Shown piece by piece: positions 44,236 to 54,730 of a DNA stretch of 64,000 nucleotides (position 1 is the stretch's first letter; each line of letters opens with the position of its first letter). The notes beneath the pieces are model-generated. The model saw only the letters and a program-made list of their open reading frames with translations. It made no database searches and was not told the DNA's origin. Position numbers and translations under genes: made by a program. The DNA is from Patescibacteria group bacterium (GTDB taxonomy: Bacteria; Patescibacteriota; Doudnabacteria; UBA920), in NCBI GenBank assembly GCA_036726225.1, contig DAIMCS010000002.1, positions 3,994 to 67,993 on the forward strand, given 5' to 3'.

Positions 44236-47200
44236 TTACGGCACTTCAATTATAGTAGGCGTGCCAAGATTTGTAGTAAACGGCAGGAGCGGGGTGCAGG
44301 CGGTTGCAAAGGTCATACCGCCCCCGTAGTTGTAATCAACCCTAAAGCAGTTTTGCATGCGCGCGGTTGAAGCTTTATAACCGGGGGACACCGTTAACTG
44401 GGCTTCAAAGGTAATTCTGCGAATGCCCGGCGGCGGGGCTGCGGCCGGAACGTTGGGCATACCGCTAAAAGTAAGGGTTTGGTTAGGTTCGCTGCCGGAA
44501 ACGCTTAAGCTTATGCCGCTGGCGCCTCCGCTACCCAGGGCGTCTTCTCCTGCGCCGTCGTCGTATTTGGCATTCCAGCCGCCGGCCGGCTCTTTTAAGT
44601 TGAGCAGGGTATCCGCTAAACTTATGGCCGTTGCATCTACCACGCCGGAATTACACAGGTTAACTGAAAACTTAAGCACATCGCCAAGAGCTAAAGTTAG
44701 TCCTGAAGGCAGGGCGTCGGTGACTCCGCACTGGTTGCCCAGGCCGTTGCCAATATTTACCCCGTTTATGGCAACAATGTCTTTGTCCGATGTGTTTAAA
44801 TTTGCGCTGCAAGCGGTTGGCGAAATTGAGGTGTAGGCATAATTGTTTGGATTGGAGCTTAAGACAGAAGGTTCGGTTACGGCGTAAGACTGTACCCAGT
44901 AATGGTAAAGTATGCCCGTTGGCAGCGCCTCGTCTGTGTAAGTGTAAACAGAGCCGGTTAAAGGTTTGGTGGAAGAAGTAATTGTGGTAATTTTGGTTGC
45001 CGTGGACGTGCTGTTTGAAGTATTGCGGAAAATAACCCAGCCGTCTTCGTTGGTTGACTGGTCGGTTATAAGCAGGCGGATGTCTGAACATTCCACAGCA
45101 GCGTTTATTGATGTGTTTTGAGGGACGACTCCCGGAGCCTCAGGGATACCCGGTGTAGTAAAGTTTATGGTAAAGGTTAGGGTTGGTTTTACTGCCAAAT
45201 TTCCGGGAAGCGTCTGGGTTTGGCTGGGAGTGATGGAAGTTAAGTTTGAACCGGCAGGGCCCCCGGTGAAATAAGTTACCGTCCAGTTTCCTTGGGTCAG
45301 ATTTAGGTAGGTGCCGGTGCGGTTTGCAAATTTAACAAAACCCGGATTGCCATCTAAAGGGTTATCATCGCAATAGATATCATCACCATAAATAGTGTCA
45401 GATCCGCTGTCATAGTAAGGAGCGTCTACTCCACACCAGACCGTTTGCCCGCCAAAGTACGAGGGGTTGTTAAAGAGCCACCAGCAAAGAGTTGGCTCAT
45501 TAACGTCACATTCATAGTCGTTTGCGCCCGCCTGTTGGGTAATAATTGCGCCGGGGGACGGCAAGCTAACATCGTCGTTGCCGCTTTCGGCAACCGACGG
45601 GCCGGTTAGCGAATACCTAATATTGCCTCCCCACGGAGCGCCGTCTAAGGTTGCGTTAACGGTTACATTGCCCACGCAATACGGCGTGGTAAAGGACCTG
45701 AAAGTGGGGCTGGCGGTCGCTATTTGCAAGCCGCTGCTGTTATAGGCCCTTACTGCGTAAAATCCAAAGCCGCCGTTGCTCGAATTAACAGTATAAGTGG
45801 TTACGTTGCCGACATTAACGTTAGATGCTTGGGGGGTATCTACCCGGTAATGGTCAACTCCCGGATGCGCGGCCCAGGACATAGTTACGCGGGGTGTGGA
45901 GCCATTGCAGGTTGAGGTTAGGGGGTTAAAAGTAAAGGCAGGCATAGTCACGTTTACAGTTGCCGTATCTGTGTATATTACAGTGTTGGAATTAAAACCG
46001 CTGCCATAAGCGTTAACCCTGAGGGTAAAGAATCCGGCATTGTTGTAGTTGCACCTGTCCCAAAATTCGGTGAAAGCATTTATGCCGTCTACCGATGCGT
46101 TGTAAATATCCTGGTTTGCGCTGTTGGCGCACTGTAGTTGGATGTGGTTGGTATAGAAAGAAACAGCAAAGCCGTTGCTAAAGTAAACTTTCATATCAAC
46201 ACCGGAAATCGGGACGTTGCCGGAGATGTCGTCGCTCCAGTTGGTGTGGTCTGTGGAAAGCTTGAGCACTATGTTTGTGGCTTGTGGGGGCTCGACGAAC
46301 GTTACGTTCACACTGCAGGAAGCGTTTGAGCCCGTGTTATCGGTAACCCCAAATGAGTGGACGCCCGCCGCGTTAAAGGTAGAGGAAAATGTGTTGCCTA
46401 TGTTTTGCCAGTTCGGGTCGCTAACGCCGTCGCGGGTCCAGTCATACGGGCCGGTGCCGCCAACTGCCGTTGCGGTAACGCTTTGGCCGGTTTGGGAAGG
46501 GTTGGGGGAAACGCTGCAGCTAATACCACCGGGCTGGGGAGTTGGGGTTGGCGTGGGGCTTGCGCAAGTGCCGACGCAGAGGTTAGAGCCGCTGCAGACG
46601 GTGTTGTCGGACAAAATTGCGTAACGGTTGTAACTCGCGTCCTGGTTATAAGTTAGCGGACCGGTACTATAATTAGTGGTTCCTCCGGCAACCGGGCCAA
46701 CGTTTTGCGGGCCGCTGCCAAAATTGTCAGTTCCGTACCAGTCAAAAGTAAAGCCGGGCGGGACAGAATTTACTGACCAGGTTGCCGAACCCCCAATTGG
46801 AATAGACGAGGGATCAACAGTAACAGAGCAGGTGCTGCTGTTGGATGATACAGTAACATTACAAGTGCCGGATGTTGATCCATCAGTAACTGTTACTGTA
46901 TAATTTCCTGCCGCGCCATACTGGGCTGCAAAATTATCTCCTGAACCGGAAGAAGGAGTGCCCCCTGGAGCTGACCAATTATATGAGGAGCCTCCACCAG
47001 CTGTAAAGTTTGCAGAAGAGCCAGGTAATACTGTTTGAATATCAGGCGAGCAGGTCACAACCCCCCCCGGTACTGCATTCACAGTTACCTCTACGTCATC
47101 AACCGGATACGGTTCTCCAAATCCGTCCACAACAAATAATGTGTATGTGTAATTTCCTGCAGACAGGTTTGAGTGAACTTCAGAGCCGCTGTCGCCTTCA

Positions 47201-47826
47201 AACAGCTGTGTGCCGTTAACATGGACCGAAGCGCTTTGTCCGGAAGTTTTGTTCCAGGTTATGGTCGGGCTGCAGGGCGCGTTGCAATTTATGGGGTCTG
47301 CGCTTATGGTTCCGCCAATGTCAACGCAGGAATTATTTACTACAATTTCTTGGCTGTTGCAAGTAACAACAGAATAACCAAAGGAAACACTGCCCCAGAA
47401 ATAATTTGGTTCAGTGGTTCGTTTTTGTTGGGCAACCAATGCCAGGGTAATACTGTCGTTAGCTGTGCCGCTGTTGCCGTTAAAAAAGGTTACCGGAATC
47501 CAAACGCCATTTCCTGCGGCTACGTCGCCGCAAGCCTGAGGTGGGTTGGGCTGGTTTACATTCATAACAGTGTTGCCGTTTACCACCGCAGAGTATCCAA
47601 CCTGGTCGTCCCAGGAAATTCCGCTGCCTCGCCAGGCGCTGGATATATAAGAATAGGGGGTTTCCGTTATTGTTTCCGACGCAACGCATTGCTGGTTACA
47701 AATGTCTGTCATAAAACCGTTACACTGCAAAGCCTTAGCGTTGTATTTTACAAAAAATATCAAAAAAGCGGGCAAAACAAAAGCCGCCAGCAACAGTAAT
47801 TTTTTATTCAATGACAACATAGTCAA
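44236..47826 (-). CDS. Giant secreted surface protein (1196 aa) with Ig/PKD-like and FN3-like repeats and a DUF11-like C-terminal domain
   Basis: Signal peptide and many Thr/Ser/Asn/Gly-rich beta-rich repeats. The C-terminal ~190 aa is homologous to the C-terminus of 36190..37800. Its start overlaps the stop of the TPR gene (same-strand gene run). Confidence 0.65.
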   Translation of the reverse strand: MTMLSLNKKLLLLAAFVLPAFLIFFVKYNAKALQCNGFMTDICNQQCVASETITETPYSYISSAWRGSGISWDDQVGYSAVVNGNTVMNVNQPNPPQACGDVAAGNGVWIPVTFFNGNSGTANDSITLALVAQQKRTTEPNYFWGSVSFGYSVVTCNSQEIVVNNSCVDIGGTISADPINCNAPCSPTITWNKTSGQSASVHVNGTQLFEGDSGSEVHSNLSAGNYTYTLFVVDGFGEPYPVDDVEVTVNAVPGGVVTCSPDIQTVLPGSSANFTAGGGSSYNWSAPGGTPSSGSGDNFAAQYGAAGNYTVTVTDGSTSGTCNVTVSSNSSTCSVTVDPSSIPIGGSATWSVNSVPPGFTFDWYGTDNFGSGPQNVGPVAGGTTNYSTGPLTYNQDASYNRYAILSDNTVCSGSNLCVGTCASPTPTPTPQPGGISCSVSPNPSQTGQSVTATAVGGTGPYDWTRDGVSDPNWQNIGNTFSSTFNAAGVHSFGVTDNTGSNASCSVNVTFVEPPQATNIVLKLSTDHTNWSDDISGNVPISGVDMKVYFSNGFAVSFYTNHIQLQCANSANQDIYNASVDGINAFTEFWDRCNYNNAGFFTLRVNAYGSGFNSNTVIYTDTATVNVTMPAFTFNPLTSTCNGSTPRVTMSWAAHPGVDHYRVDTPQASNVNVGNVTTYTVNSSNGGFGFYAVRAYNSSGLQIATASPTFRSFTTPYCVGNVTVNATLDGAPWGGNIRYSLTGPSVAESGNDDVSLPSPGAIITQQAGANDYECDVNEPTLCWWLFNNPSYFGGQTVWCGVDAPYYDSGSDTIYGDDIYCDDNPLDGNPGFVKFANRTGTYLNLTQGNWTVTYFTGGPAGSNLTSITPSQTQTLPGNLAVKPTLTFTINFTTPGIPEAPGVVPQNTSINAAVECSDIRLLITDQSTNEDGWVIFRNTSNSTSTATKITTITSSTKPLTGSVYTYTDEALPTGILYHYWVQSYAVTEPSVLSSNPNNYAYTSISPTACSANLNTSDKDIVAINGVNIGNGLGNQCGVTDALPSGLTLALGDVLKFSVNLCNSGVVDATAISLADTLLNLKEPAGGWNAKYDDGAGEDALGSGGASGISLSVSGSEPNQTLTFSGMPNVPAAAPPPGIRRITFEAQLTVSPGYKASTARMQNCFRVDYNYGGGMTFATACTPLLPFTTNLGTPTIIEVP

Positions 47827-48532
47827 AAGTTAAAGATGTATCCCAAAAAGTAATGGCGTAAGCGTGCTTACTGTCGGCCTTTATTTCCCAATTTTCCGGG
47901 CCGCCCTGGGCGTGGATTGTGTAGTTTAAGTGAGCTGCGGCAAGGGATTTTTTTAGCGCCTGTTTTACCGCGGAAGTCGATTGCAAAAATTCATAGTTAG
48001 CGGCAATGTATTCGGTTATGCCCGTTTCAATGGGGCGCTTTATGGCGTCTTTAAAGCTTAACAGTTTGGGGTCGATTGTAATTTTAAGGCGGGATTCAAA
48101 ATCTTGGCGGCTTATTTGGTATTGCGAAATGTTGGCGTCGTTTAAAACCTGCCGGCCTTGTTTTTGGGTAAGCAGTTCAAGATGGTTTTTGGCAGATACA
48201 TTATTTGGCTCCAGGCTTAACACTTTTTCAAAGCTAATTTTGGCTTCGTCAAATTTGCCCAGGTCAAATTCACACGTGCCTTTAATGACCCAAACGTCGG
48301 AAGCTTCGGGGTAATCTTCAAGAAATTTTGTTGCTTCTGCAATAATCTCCGGTGAGCATTTTTTTTCCACCATTGTTTGCTTGAGCGCCAGAGTCTTGTC
48401 TGAAATTTGCTTTGTTTCCTCGTCTTTATTGCGGTTTAGAAACAAAAAAACAGCAACCGCAATTATTAGCGCTACGCCTAAAATAATAAGAAGATTTTTT
48501 TTATTTTCCATTCCTTTTAGTTTCGTCTCCAA
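47804..48532 (-). CDS. TPR-repeat protein with N-terminal TM
   Basis: TM helix plus TPR-like helical repeats (VIKGTCEFDLGKFDEAKISFEKVLSLEPNNVSAKNHLELL). Confidence 0.55.
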   Translation of the reverse strand: METKLKGMENKKNLLIILGVALIIAVAVFLFLNRNKDEETKQISDKTLALKQTMVEKKCSPEIIAEATKFLEDYPEASDVWVIKGTCEFDLGKFDEAKISFEKVLSLEPNNVSAKNHLELLTQKQGRQVLNDANISQYQISRQDFESRLKITIDPKLLSFKDAIKRPIETGITEYIAANYEFLQSTSAVKQALKKSLAAAHLNYTIHAQGGPENWEIKADSKHAYAITFWDTSLTFDYVVIE

Positions 48533-48680
48533 TGCACTTTTTATACAATTTTATTATAATATGAGCGTGCAAGTTAAGTCAAGATTTTTAAAAGTGGATA
48601 TTTAGCCAAAATAAAAGACCCTGTTCTTCGCAAAAACCGCGAAAAAATGAACAGGGTCTAAAGGCTTTCAAGCGCAAACG

Positions 48681-50249
48681 TTAAGGGTGTAAGTTGACCC
48701 ATGTCATGGTTTCTTTACCGTCGACAACCACTTGTTTTGTTACGGGCTGGTCGTTTTCATATTGCCGACCAAATATCTCCCGCATAATTCCCGGACAAGT
48801 ATATTTTGAGCTTTGGACTATCATGCCCGGCATTGCGCCGCGCATGGCATTTTCTACATCGCTATACTGTTGTTCCATGGTAAGGGAGTGGTAAGGTGAA
48901 TCAGGGGTTCCGCTTCCACTAAGACCGACCATATGGCCAATCTCATGGACAGCGTAACAGAAGGTGTTTTGCCAAACCCCCCCCCGGATGGTTGTTGACC
49001 ATTTTTGGCCTTCCGTTGCCAAAAATTTTGTTGGGTCGTGGAAATCCCTCCATGTTGTATGCCCGGCTGTCGGTCCGCCAATATAACCTATGGATCCCAA
49101 AATCGCAACGTCACCGCTCCAATCAGGTCCTGGCCAAACCAGAAAATGTTTTACTCCGGGAAATTCTTCTCTGAGCTGAGCTGCGATGCTTGGAAATCCA
49201 ATCGAGGATTCGGCGCGGTATTCTGCTGATGTTTTTTTGCCCCGTAGAGTGTCTACATGTATCTGGTTGGTAGGCAAGTCATAAAGAAAGGTCACTCTTT
49301 GGGTAAAGCTTCCCTGATTGTTGGCTGACATCTGTCCATCCCAGTAGAGCAAGGCGTTTTTAGCTACCTGGCCAAGACCGCGAGGACAATCCGGATCTTC
49401 CGGAATATCAGATGGGGTAACACATACCACCCGACTGACAGCAGCTGCCTGGACTGTGTCCATTGCAGGTGACGAAGGGAAGTTGTCCATCCTGAAGCCC
49501 CTTTCGTCTAGCGTGGATTTAATCCCCATTACAGCCGTCAGGTCTCCGGAATCAATGTTAACGACCCCGTTGAACTCTGACATTGCCTTTATCTGGGGAA
49601 AAATCTCTTCAACAAACTTGGGCAGGTTACCGTATGGCGGAAGGGTGGTGTTGTAGGTTCCGACCGGGGTTTTTGCGCTGTCGTAGAGCGTGATGCGTAC
49701 GTTGTTTGGGGTTTGCTCTACGTTGGCAATTGCCATTCCAGTCGAAATTGTCAGTTGCGGGGTTTTGGCATAGTTGACGAATAGGGAGTGTCCTCTGCGC
49801 CACGGCTCAACATTAACGCTGGTTGAGATGGTCGTTCCGCCGTACGGAGAGGTGAAAGTCAGTGTTCCCGTGACCTTTTGGTCCATTGCCCAAAATCGGG
49901 CTGCTCCGGGAATTACCTGGCTTCCTTCGCACATTGTGGTGACAGAAGCAACTGCCGCAATTGTTAAATCGACAGTTCCTTCCGGGGCTACAACTATCCT
50001 GGTGCCGTTAGCGTCCCTCACTTTGAAAGTTAAGGGCTGGGAAATGCCGTCGGAATTGAAAAATTTTATCGCCGTACCGACTGCAAACTTTCCCAAGTTC
50101 CTTAACTGCGCTTCAGAGCTGTATCCACCCCCGCAAGCCCATTGCGGGAATACTCCAAAGCCGCCAACTGACACCTGTCCCTCCAAAGAAGGGACAAAAA
50201 CCAATGCTAAAAATACAACAAACAGAATCCTTTTCACGTTTGCGTTCAT
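48681..50249 (-). CDS. Secreted zincin-type metalloprotease (HExxH)
   Basis: Signal peptide. HEIGHMVGL near the C-terminus. Confidence 0.5.
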   Translation of the reverse strand: MNANVKRILFVVFLALVFVPSLEGQVSVGGFGVFPQWACGGGYSSEAQLRNLGKFAVGTAIKFFNSDGISQPLTFKVRDANGTRIVVAPEGTVDLTIAAVASVTTMCEGSQVIPGAARFWAMDQKVTGTLTFTSPYGGTTISTSVNVEPWRRGHSLFVNYAKTPQLTISTGMAIANVEQTPNNVRITLYDSAKTPVGTYNTTLPPYGNLPKFVEEIFPQIKAMSEFNGVVNIDSGDLTAVMGIKSTLDERGFRMDNFPSSPAMDTVQAAAVSRVVCVTPSDIPEDPDCPRGLGQVAKNALLYWDGQMSANNQGSFTQRVTFLYDLPTNQIHVDTLRGKKTSAEYRAESSIGFPSIAAQLREEFPGVKHFLVWPGPDWSGDVAILGSIGYIGGPTAGHTTWRDFHDPTKFLATEGQKWSTTIRGGVWQNTFCYAVHEIGHMVGLSGSGTPDSPYHSLTMEQQYSDVENAMRGAMPGMIVQSSKYTCPGIMREIFGRQYENDQPVTKQVVVDGKETMTWVNLHP

Positions 50250-50571
50250 ATTTCCCTCCTTTCAAGGGATGTACAAGAACAATGCGTGCGCTTTGAATCG
50301 AGCTAGCGCAACACACAAAAAAACACTTGAATTGCTCTAATTCAAGCGCTTTTTTGTAGGCTGCCCCAAAGTTAAACTGCCGATATTTTGGCAATCGGCC
50401 GGTAATGGGTGAAAGTTATTGGATTTTTTGTAAGCTAACATTATTTAACAACAGCTTAATTTTCCGGCACAATCATAGCATAAAAGTGGTATTCTGTCAA
50501 ATTTTACAAACTTTTATTATCTGTGCTATAATATAGAACAGTTTTTAGGGATAATTCATTTCAAAAACTAA

Positions 50572-50973
50572 ATGGCAGACAAAAATAAAAAGCTAATACT
50601 CATAGCCGAGGACGACCCGGCCATGGCTGAAATTGTCAGCCACAAGCTTAGCATCCATGGTTTTAGTGTTAATCATGCGGAAGACGGCCTTAAGGCCATT
50701 GCTATGTTCGAGGAAAATCCGCCAGATTTAGTGCTTTTGGACCTTATGATGCCCGAGCTGGACGGCTTTGGAGTTTTGGAAAAAATTCGCAATAACAAAA
50801 ACAAGAAAATAGCAGAAACGCCGGTTATTGTTTTAAGCAACTTGTGGAGCAACCAGGACATTTTAAAAACCCAGGGGCTTAGGGCAAACGGCTATATGGT
50901 GAAGGCATATTTTACCCCGGAGGAAATTGTGGCAAAGATAAGCGAGGTGCTGCAAGGAAAAACCAAAAGTTAA
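50572..50973 (+). CDS. Stand-alone response-regulator receiver (CheY-like)
   Basis: LIAEDDPAMAEIV...DLVLLDLMMPELDGFGVL with a conserved Asp pocket. No output domain. Confidence 0.75.
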   Translation: MADKNKKLILIAEDDPAMAEIVSHKLSIHGFSVNHAEDGLKAIAMFEENPPDLVLLDLMMPELDGFGVLEKIRNNKNKKIAETPVIVLSNLWSNQDILKTQGLRANGYMVKAYFTPEEIVAKISEVLQGKTKS

Positions 50974-51067
50974 TGCATATAAATAATTAATTCGATGGTT
51001 TGCGGATATCGCGAAGACTTATTAAGTCATCGTTAATCTGTAAATCATCGTGAGTAAAGGTAATTAA

Positions 51068-53305
51068 ATGGAAGCAAAAAAGATTGCTTGTAAAATCGGC
51101 GAGGCTGATTTTACTTTTGAAACCGGCAAACTGGCCTCACAGGCCGACGGTGCAGTTTTGGCGCGCCTTGGTGACACTGTAGTTTTAGCCACAGCCATGA
51201 TGAGCGCAAATGTCAGGAGCGGTATAGATTATTTTCCTCTTTTGCTGGATTACGAGGAACGGCTTTACGCTGCCGGCAAAATTAAGGGCAGCCGCTGGAT
51301 TAAGCGCGAAGGCAGGGCAACTGACGAAGCCATTTTAAAAGGCCGTGTTATAGACAGAACTTTAAGGCCAATGTTCCCGGACGGTATGAGAAATGACGTC
51401 CAGGTTATTGCCACGGTCTTGTCTATTGACGGCGTAAACGAACCCGACATTTTAGCGGTCAACGCCGCTTCTATGGCTTTGGCTATTTCCCGCGTACCTT
51501 ACGACGGCCCGGTGGCCGGCGTGCGCGTAGGAAAAATTGGTGAGCAGTATGTAGTAAACCCAACCCAAGAGCAGCAAGTCCAATCCAGTATGGATTTAAT
51601 TGTCTGCGGCACGGCAGACAGTATTATTATGGTAGAAATGGGCGCCAAGCTGGTTAAGGAAGAAGAAATTGTAGAAGCAATTAAATTCGCCCAGCCGTTT
51701 TTGGGTGAATTGGTAAAAACACAGATTGAATTTGCAAAACAGCTTGGAGTTAGCAAAGCCGAGCCGACAATTGTTAAACCTAACGAACAGGTTTACGAAA
51801 AAGTTAAAGAACTTTTAACGGCCGAAAAAATTGATGCTGCGGTTTATGTGGTGAGCAAGGAAGAACGCGCTCACAAAACCGATGCCCTTATTAAAGAAAT
51901 TACAGAAGCCGTTAAAACTGCCTTAGGTGAAATGGAAGGCGTATCTATAGAGAAGGAAGTATTTTCTTCGGTAGATAAAATTTTAAAGAAATACCAGCAA
52001 AAGCAAATTTTGGAAAAAGAACGCAGAGTAGACGGACGCAAACTTACAGAAACCCGTCCTATTACCTGCGAGGTTGGTGTTTTGCCCCGCACCCACGGCA
52101 GCGCTTTGTTCACGCGCGGCGAGACCCAGGCCTTAACTATTATTACTTTAGGCAGCAAAGGCGACGAGCAATTACTGGACGGTATGGAAGACCCGCTGGA
52201 CGGGCGCTCTAAGCGCTACATTCACCACTATAATATGCCGGGTTACTCGGTGGGCGAAGTTACGCCTATTCGCGGTCCGGGTAGGCGTGAAATTGGCCAC
52301 GGTATGCTGGCCGAACGCGCGGTGGAAATTGCTCTTCCGGAGCAGGAAACTTTTCCGTACACTATGCGTTTGGTTTCTGAAATTTTGTCCAGCAACGGTT
52401 CCACCTCTATGGCCTCCACTTGCGGATCTACACTCGCTTTAATGGACGCGGGCGTCCCAATAAAACAAATTATTGGCGGCTGCGCTATGGGTTTGGTAAT
52501 TGACGAACAAAATCCGTCCCACTTTAAAGTGTTAACTGACATTGCCGGCATAGAAGATTTTAACGGACATATGGATTTTAAAGTTGCGGGAAGTGATGAA
52601 GGCGTAAGCGCGCTTCAGTTGGATATGAAAGTCAAAGGGCTTTCCGCCGACATTTTGGCCCAGGCGCTGGAGCAGGCAAAACCTGCGCGTATTCACATCC
52701 TTTCCAAAATGAAAGAAGCTATTGCTGCGCCGCGCCCCGACCTTTCCCCGTATGCGCCAAGAATTACATCTTTCAAAATTAAACCCGACAAAATTCGCGA
52801 AGTTATCGGCAGCGGCGGCAAGACAATTAACGAAATTATTGCCAACTGTCCGGGCGTTAAAATTGACATTGAAGACGACGGTTTGGTTATGGTAACATCT
52901 ACCGATGCAGAATCCAGCGCAAAAGCCGTAAAGTGGATTCAGGATATTGTGCGCGAAGTGGAAGCCGGAGAAATTTTTGAAGGCAAAGTTACCAGGCTTA
53001 TGGACTTTGGCGCGTTTGTAGAAGTGTTGCCGGGCAAAGAAGGCCTGGTGCACATTTCCCAGCTGGCCAACTATCGCGTGGGAAGAGTGGAAGATGTTGT
53101 TAAAGTTGGTGACACTTTGAAAGTTCAGGTTTCTGAAATTGACGACCAGGGCAGAATTAATTTAACCCACAAACCTTTTGCCGCTCCGGCTCCGGAGGGC
53201 GCTGCCGGCGCGTTTGGCGGCAATGACGACTTTAGGCCGCGCAGGCCAATGGGCGGCCATCGCAGTAACGGCTCAAGGCCCCCAAGAAGGAATTTTGACC
53301 GGTAA
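51068..53305 (+). CDS. pnp: Polyribonucleotide nucleotidyltransferase (PNPase)
   Basis: Full-length: two RNase PH domains, KH and S1 domains (MEAKKIACKIGEADFTFETGKLASQADGAVLARLGDTVVL...). Confidence 0.95.
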   Translation: MEAKKIACKIGEADFTFETGKLASQADGAVLARLGDTVVLATAMMSANVRSGIDYFPLLLDYEERLYAAGKIKGSRWIKREGRATDEAILKGRVIDRTLRPMFPDGMRNDVQVIATVLSIDGVNEPDILAVNAASMALAISRVPYDGPVAGVRVGKIGEQYVVNPTQEQQVQSSMDLIVCGTADSIIMVEMGAKLVKEEEIVEAIKFAQPFLGELVKTQIEFAKQLGVSKAEPTIVKPNEQVYEKVKELLTAEKIDAAVYVVSKEERAHKTDALIKEITEAVKTALGEMEGVSIEKEVFSSVDKILKKYQQKQILEKERRVDGRKLTETRPITCEVGVLPRTHGSALFTRGETQALTIITLGSKGDEQLLDGMEDPLDGRSKRYIHHYNMPGYSVGEVTPIRGPGRREIGHGMLAERAVEIALPEQETFPYTMRLVSEILSSNGSTSMASTCGSTLALMDAGVPIKQIIGGCAMGLVIDEQNPSHFKVLTDIAGIEDFNGHMDFKVAGSDEGVSALQLDMKVKGLSADILAQALEQAKPARIHILSKMKEAIAAPRPDLSPYAPRITSFKIKPDKIREVIGSGGKTINEIIANCPGVKIDIEDDGLVMVTSTDAESSAKAVKWIQDIVREVEAGEIFEGKVTRLMDFGAFVEVLPGKEGLVHISQLANYRVGRVEDVVKVGDTLKVQVSEIDDQGRINLTHKPFAAPAPEGAAGAFGGNDDFRPRRPMGGHRSNGSRPPRRNFDR

Positions 53306-53319
53306 AAATTTGTGCAAAA

Positions 53320-53979
53320 ATGAAAAAAACACCAAAAACAAAAAACAAACAGAGCGGGTTTACCTTAATTGAATTGATGGTGGTGGTGGCCATAGTCGGC
53401 TTGCTGGCTTCGGTGGCTTTAACTTTAATTAGGAACGCCCGTTCCCGCGCTTACGACGTCAGGCGCTACAGCGATATGCAAACCCTGCAAAAAGCCATTG
53501 AGCTGTATTACCAGGACAACGGAGCTTTCCCAAACGCTCCCATTGCCTGCTGCTTTGGTTGGGGTGTGATTCTGTACGATAAAGATTCCAGATGGGACAG
53601 CCAGCTGGGCGCTGCCTTGGCCCCTTATATTCAAAATATCCCTCATTCTTTGGGCCCAAATGATTCAGTTTTTATAGACGCCGGGGGCGAGCCTTACGAT
53701 GCTTACTACGAGGGCGGCGGGTTTGTTTATATAAAGTTAGGGGCGGGGGCTAAGTTTAAACTGCCTATATACAAAAACGGGGTGCAGGATCACGCCGTGT
53801 GCCTAAGGTCAGGTTCTTATGTATTGTTTGGTTTTATGAATCAGACTGAAAAATATAAGAATGCCGCTTTGTTAGCCGATGACGGCTCAGGAGGGATTGC
53901 TAAGTATTTCAATTTTGTGCTTTATGGGGGTAATAAAATTGCTCCTTTTCCGATTGGGCCGCCAGAATGCCCGGTGTAA
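53320..53979 (+). CDS. Type IV pilin / pseudopilin with prepilin-type N-terminal cleavage-methylation motif
   Basis: KQSGFTLIELMVVVAIVGLLASVAL. Confidence 0.75.
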   Translation: MKKTPKTKNKQSGFTLIELMVVVAIVGLLASVALTLIRNARSRAYDVRRYSDMQTLQKAIELYYQDNGAFPNAPIACCFGWGVILYDKDSRWDSQLGAALAPYIQNIPHSLGPNDSVFIDAGGEPYDAYYEGGGFVYIKLGAGAKFKLPIYKNGVQDHAVCLRSGSYVLFGFMNQTEKYKNAALLADDGSGGIAKYFNFVLYGGNKIAPFPIGPPECPV

Positions 53980-54046
53980 GCAAATGGACATGCAAAAGAA
54001 GTTTTGGTATATTTAAGCTGAATTTTATAAATTAATTATTAAATTT

Positions 54047-54313
54047 ATGTCCAAAGAAACCGGGCCTAATTTACCGCCAAAAAATATTGATGAAATTTTG
54101 TCGGCGAATTTGGGTTTGCAACAGCTTTATGACCGGCTCGATGACGGAGAGAAATCCGCGGTAAGGGTAAATTATTCTCAATTAAGCCTTATGATATCCA
54201 TGCCCGGAGCCGCTCTCTTAGAAAATATAATTTCCCAATATGGGTCGGCCAATAACGAACACATTAATTTCAACACCAAGCGCCAAGCTAAGTCGGCGGG
54301 CGGATCGGCATAA
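54047..54313 (+). CDS. Hypothetical small protein
   Basis: Complete ORF, first of a run of five co-directional small ORFs. Confidence 0.3.
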   Translation: MSKETGPNLPPKNIDEILSANLGLQQLYDRLDDGEKSAVRVNYSQLSLMISMPGAALLENIISQYGSANNEHINFNTKRQAKSAGGSA

Positions 54314-54343
54314 GTGTGAGAAAGAATTTTAACTGGTGAATTT

Positions 54344-54691
54344 ATGGCGGAAATTTTAGAGCATCCAAATCAGGCGAAAGAAACAAAGCCTGAGATTGTA
54401 ATACCAGAGGAGATGAAAAAATTGTTGGCGACAAAAGATGCGTATCCTTTAAATGAAAGATTTTTCAAACTAAACAGGGCGGAAAAAATTCAGGTAATAA
54501 GGGAGTTTGTAGAATTGAGGGAAGCGCAGAAGAACGAATTTACGCGTTTAAACGATTCTATGCAGCGCCTGGAAAATATGAAGCCTATGCCGTTTAATGA
54601 AAAATACTTTGAGGAAAATGTCTGGAATAAAAATTCCCAACCGCCAAAGCCCCTGCGCGCCAGAGAAGTAGATAAAGATGAGTTAAACTAA
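54344..54691 (+). CDS. Hypothetical small protein
   Basis: Complete ORF, no domain recognised. Confidence 0.3.
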   Translation: MAEILEHPNQAKETKPEIVIPEEMKKLLATKDAYPLNERFFKLNRAEKIQVIREFVELREAQKNEFTRLNDSMQRLENMKPMPFNEKYFEENVWNKNSQPPKPLRAREVDKDELN

Positions 54692-54730
54692 AGTATAGGA
54701 TATTCAAAGTTTCAGCAGTCAGAAGAAACT

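Noticed and set aside
51265-53053. Minus-strand ORFs inside pnp (51265..51462, 51499..51756, 51871..52158, 52243..52551, 52532..53053).
   Set aside because: Antisense to a full-length, highly conserved PNPase. Typical spurious antisense ORFs.
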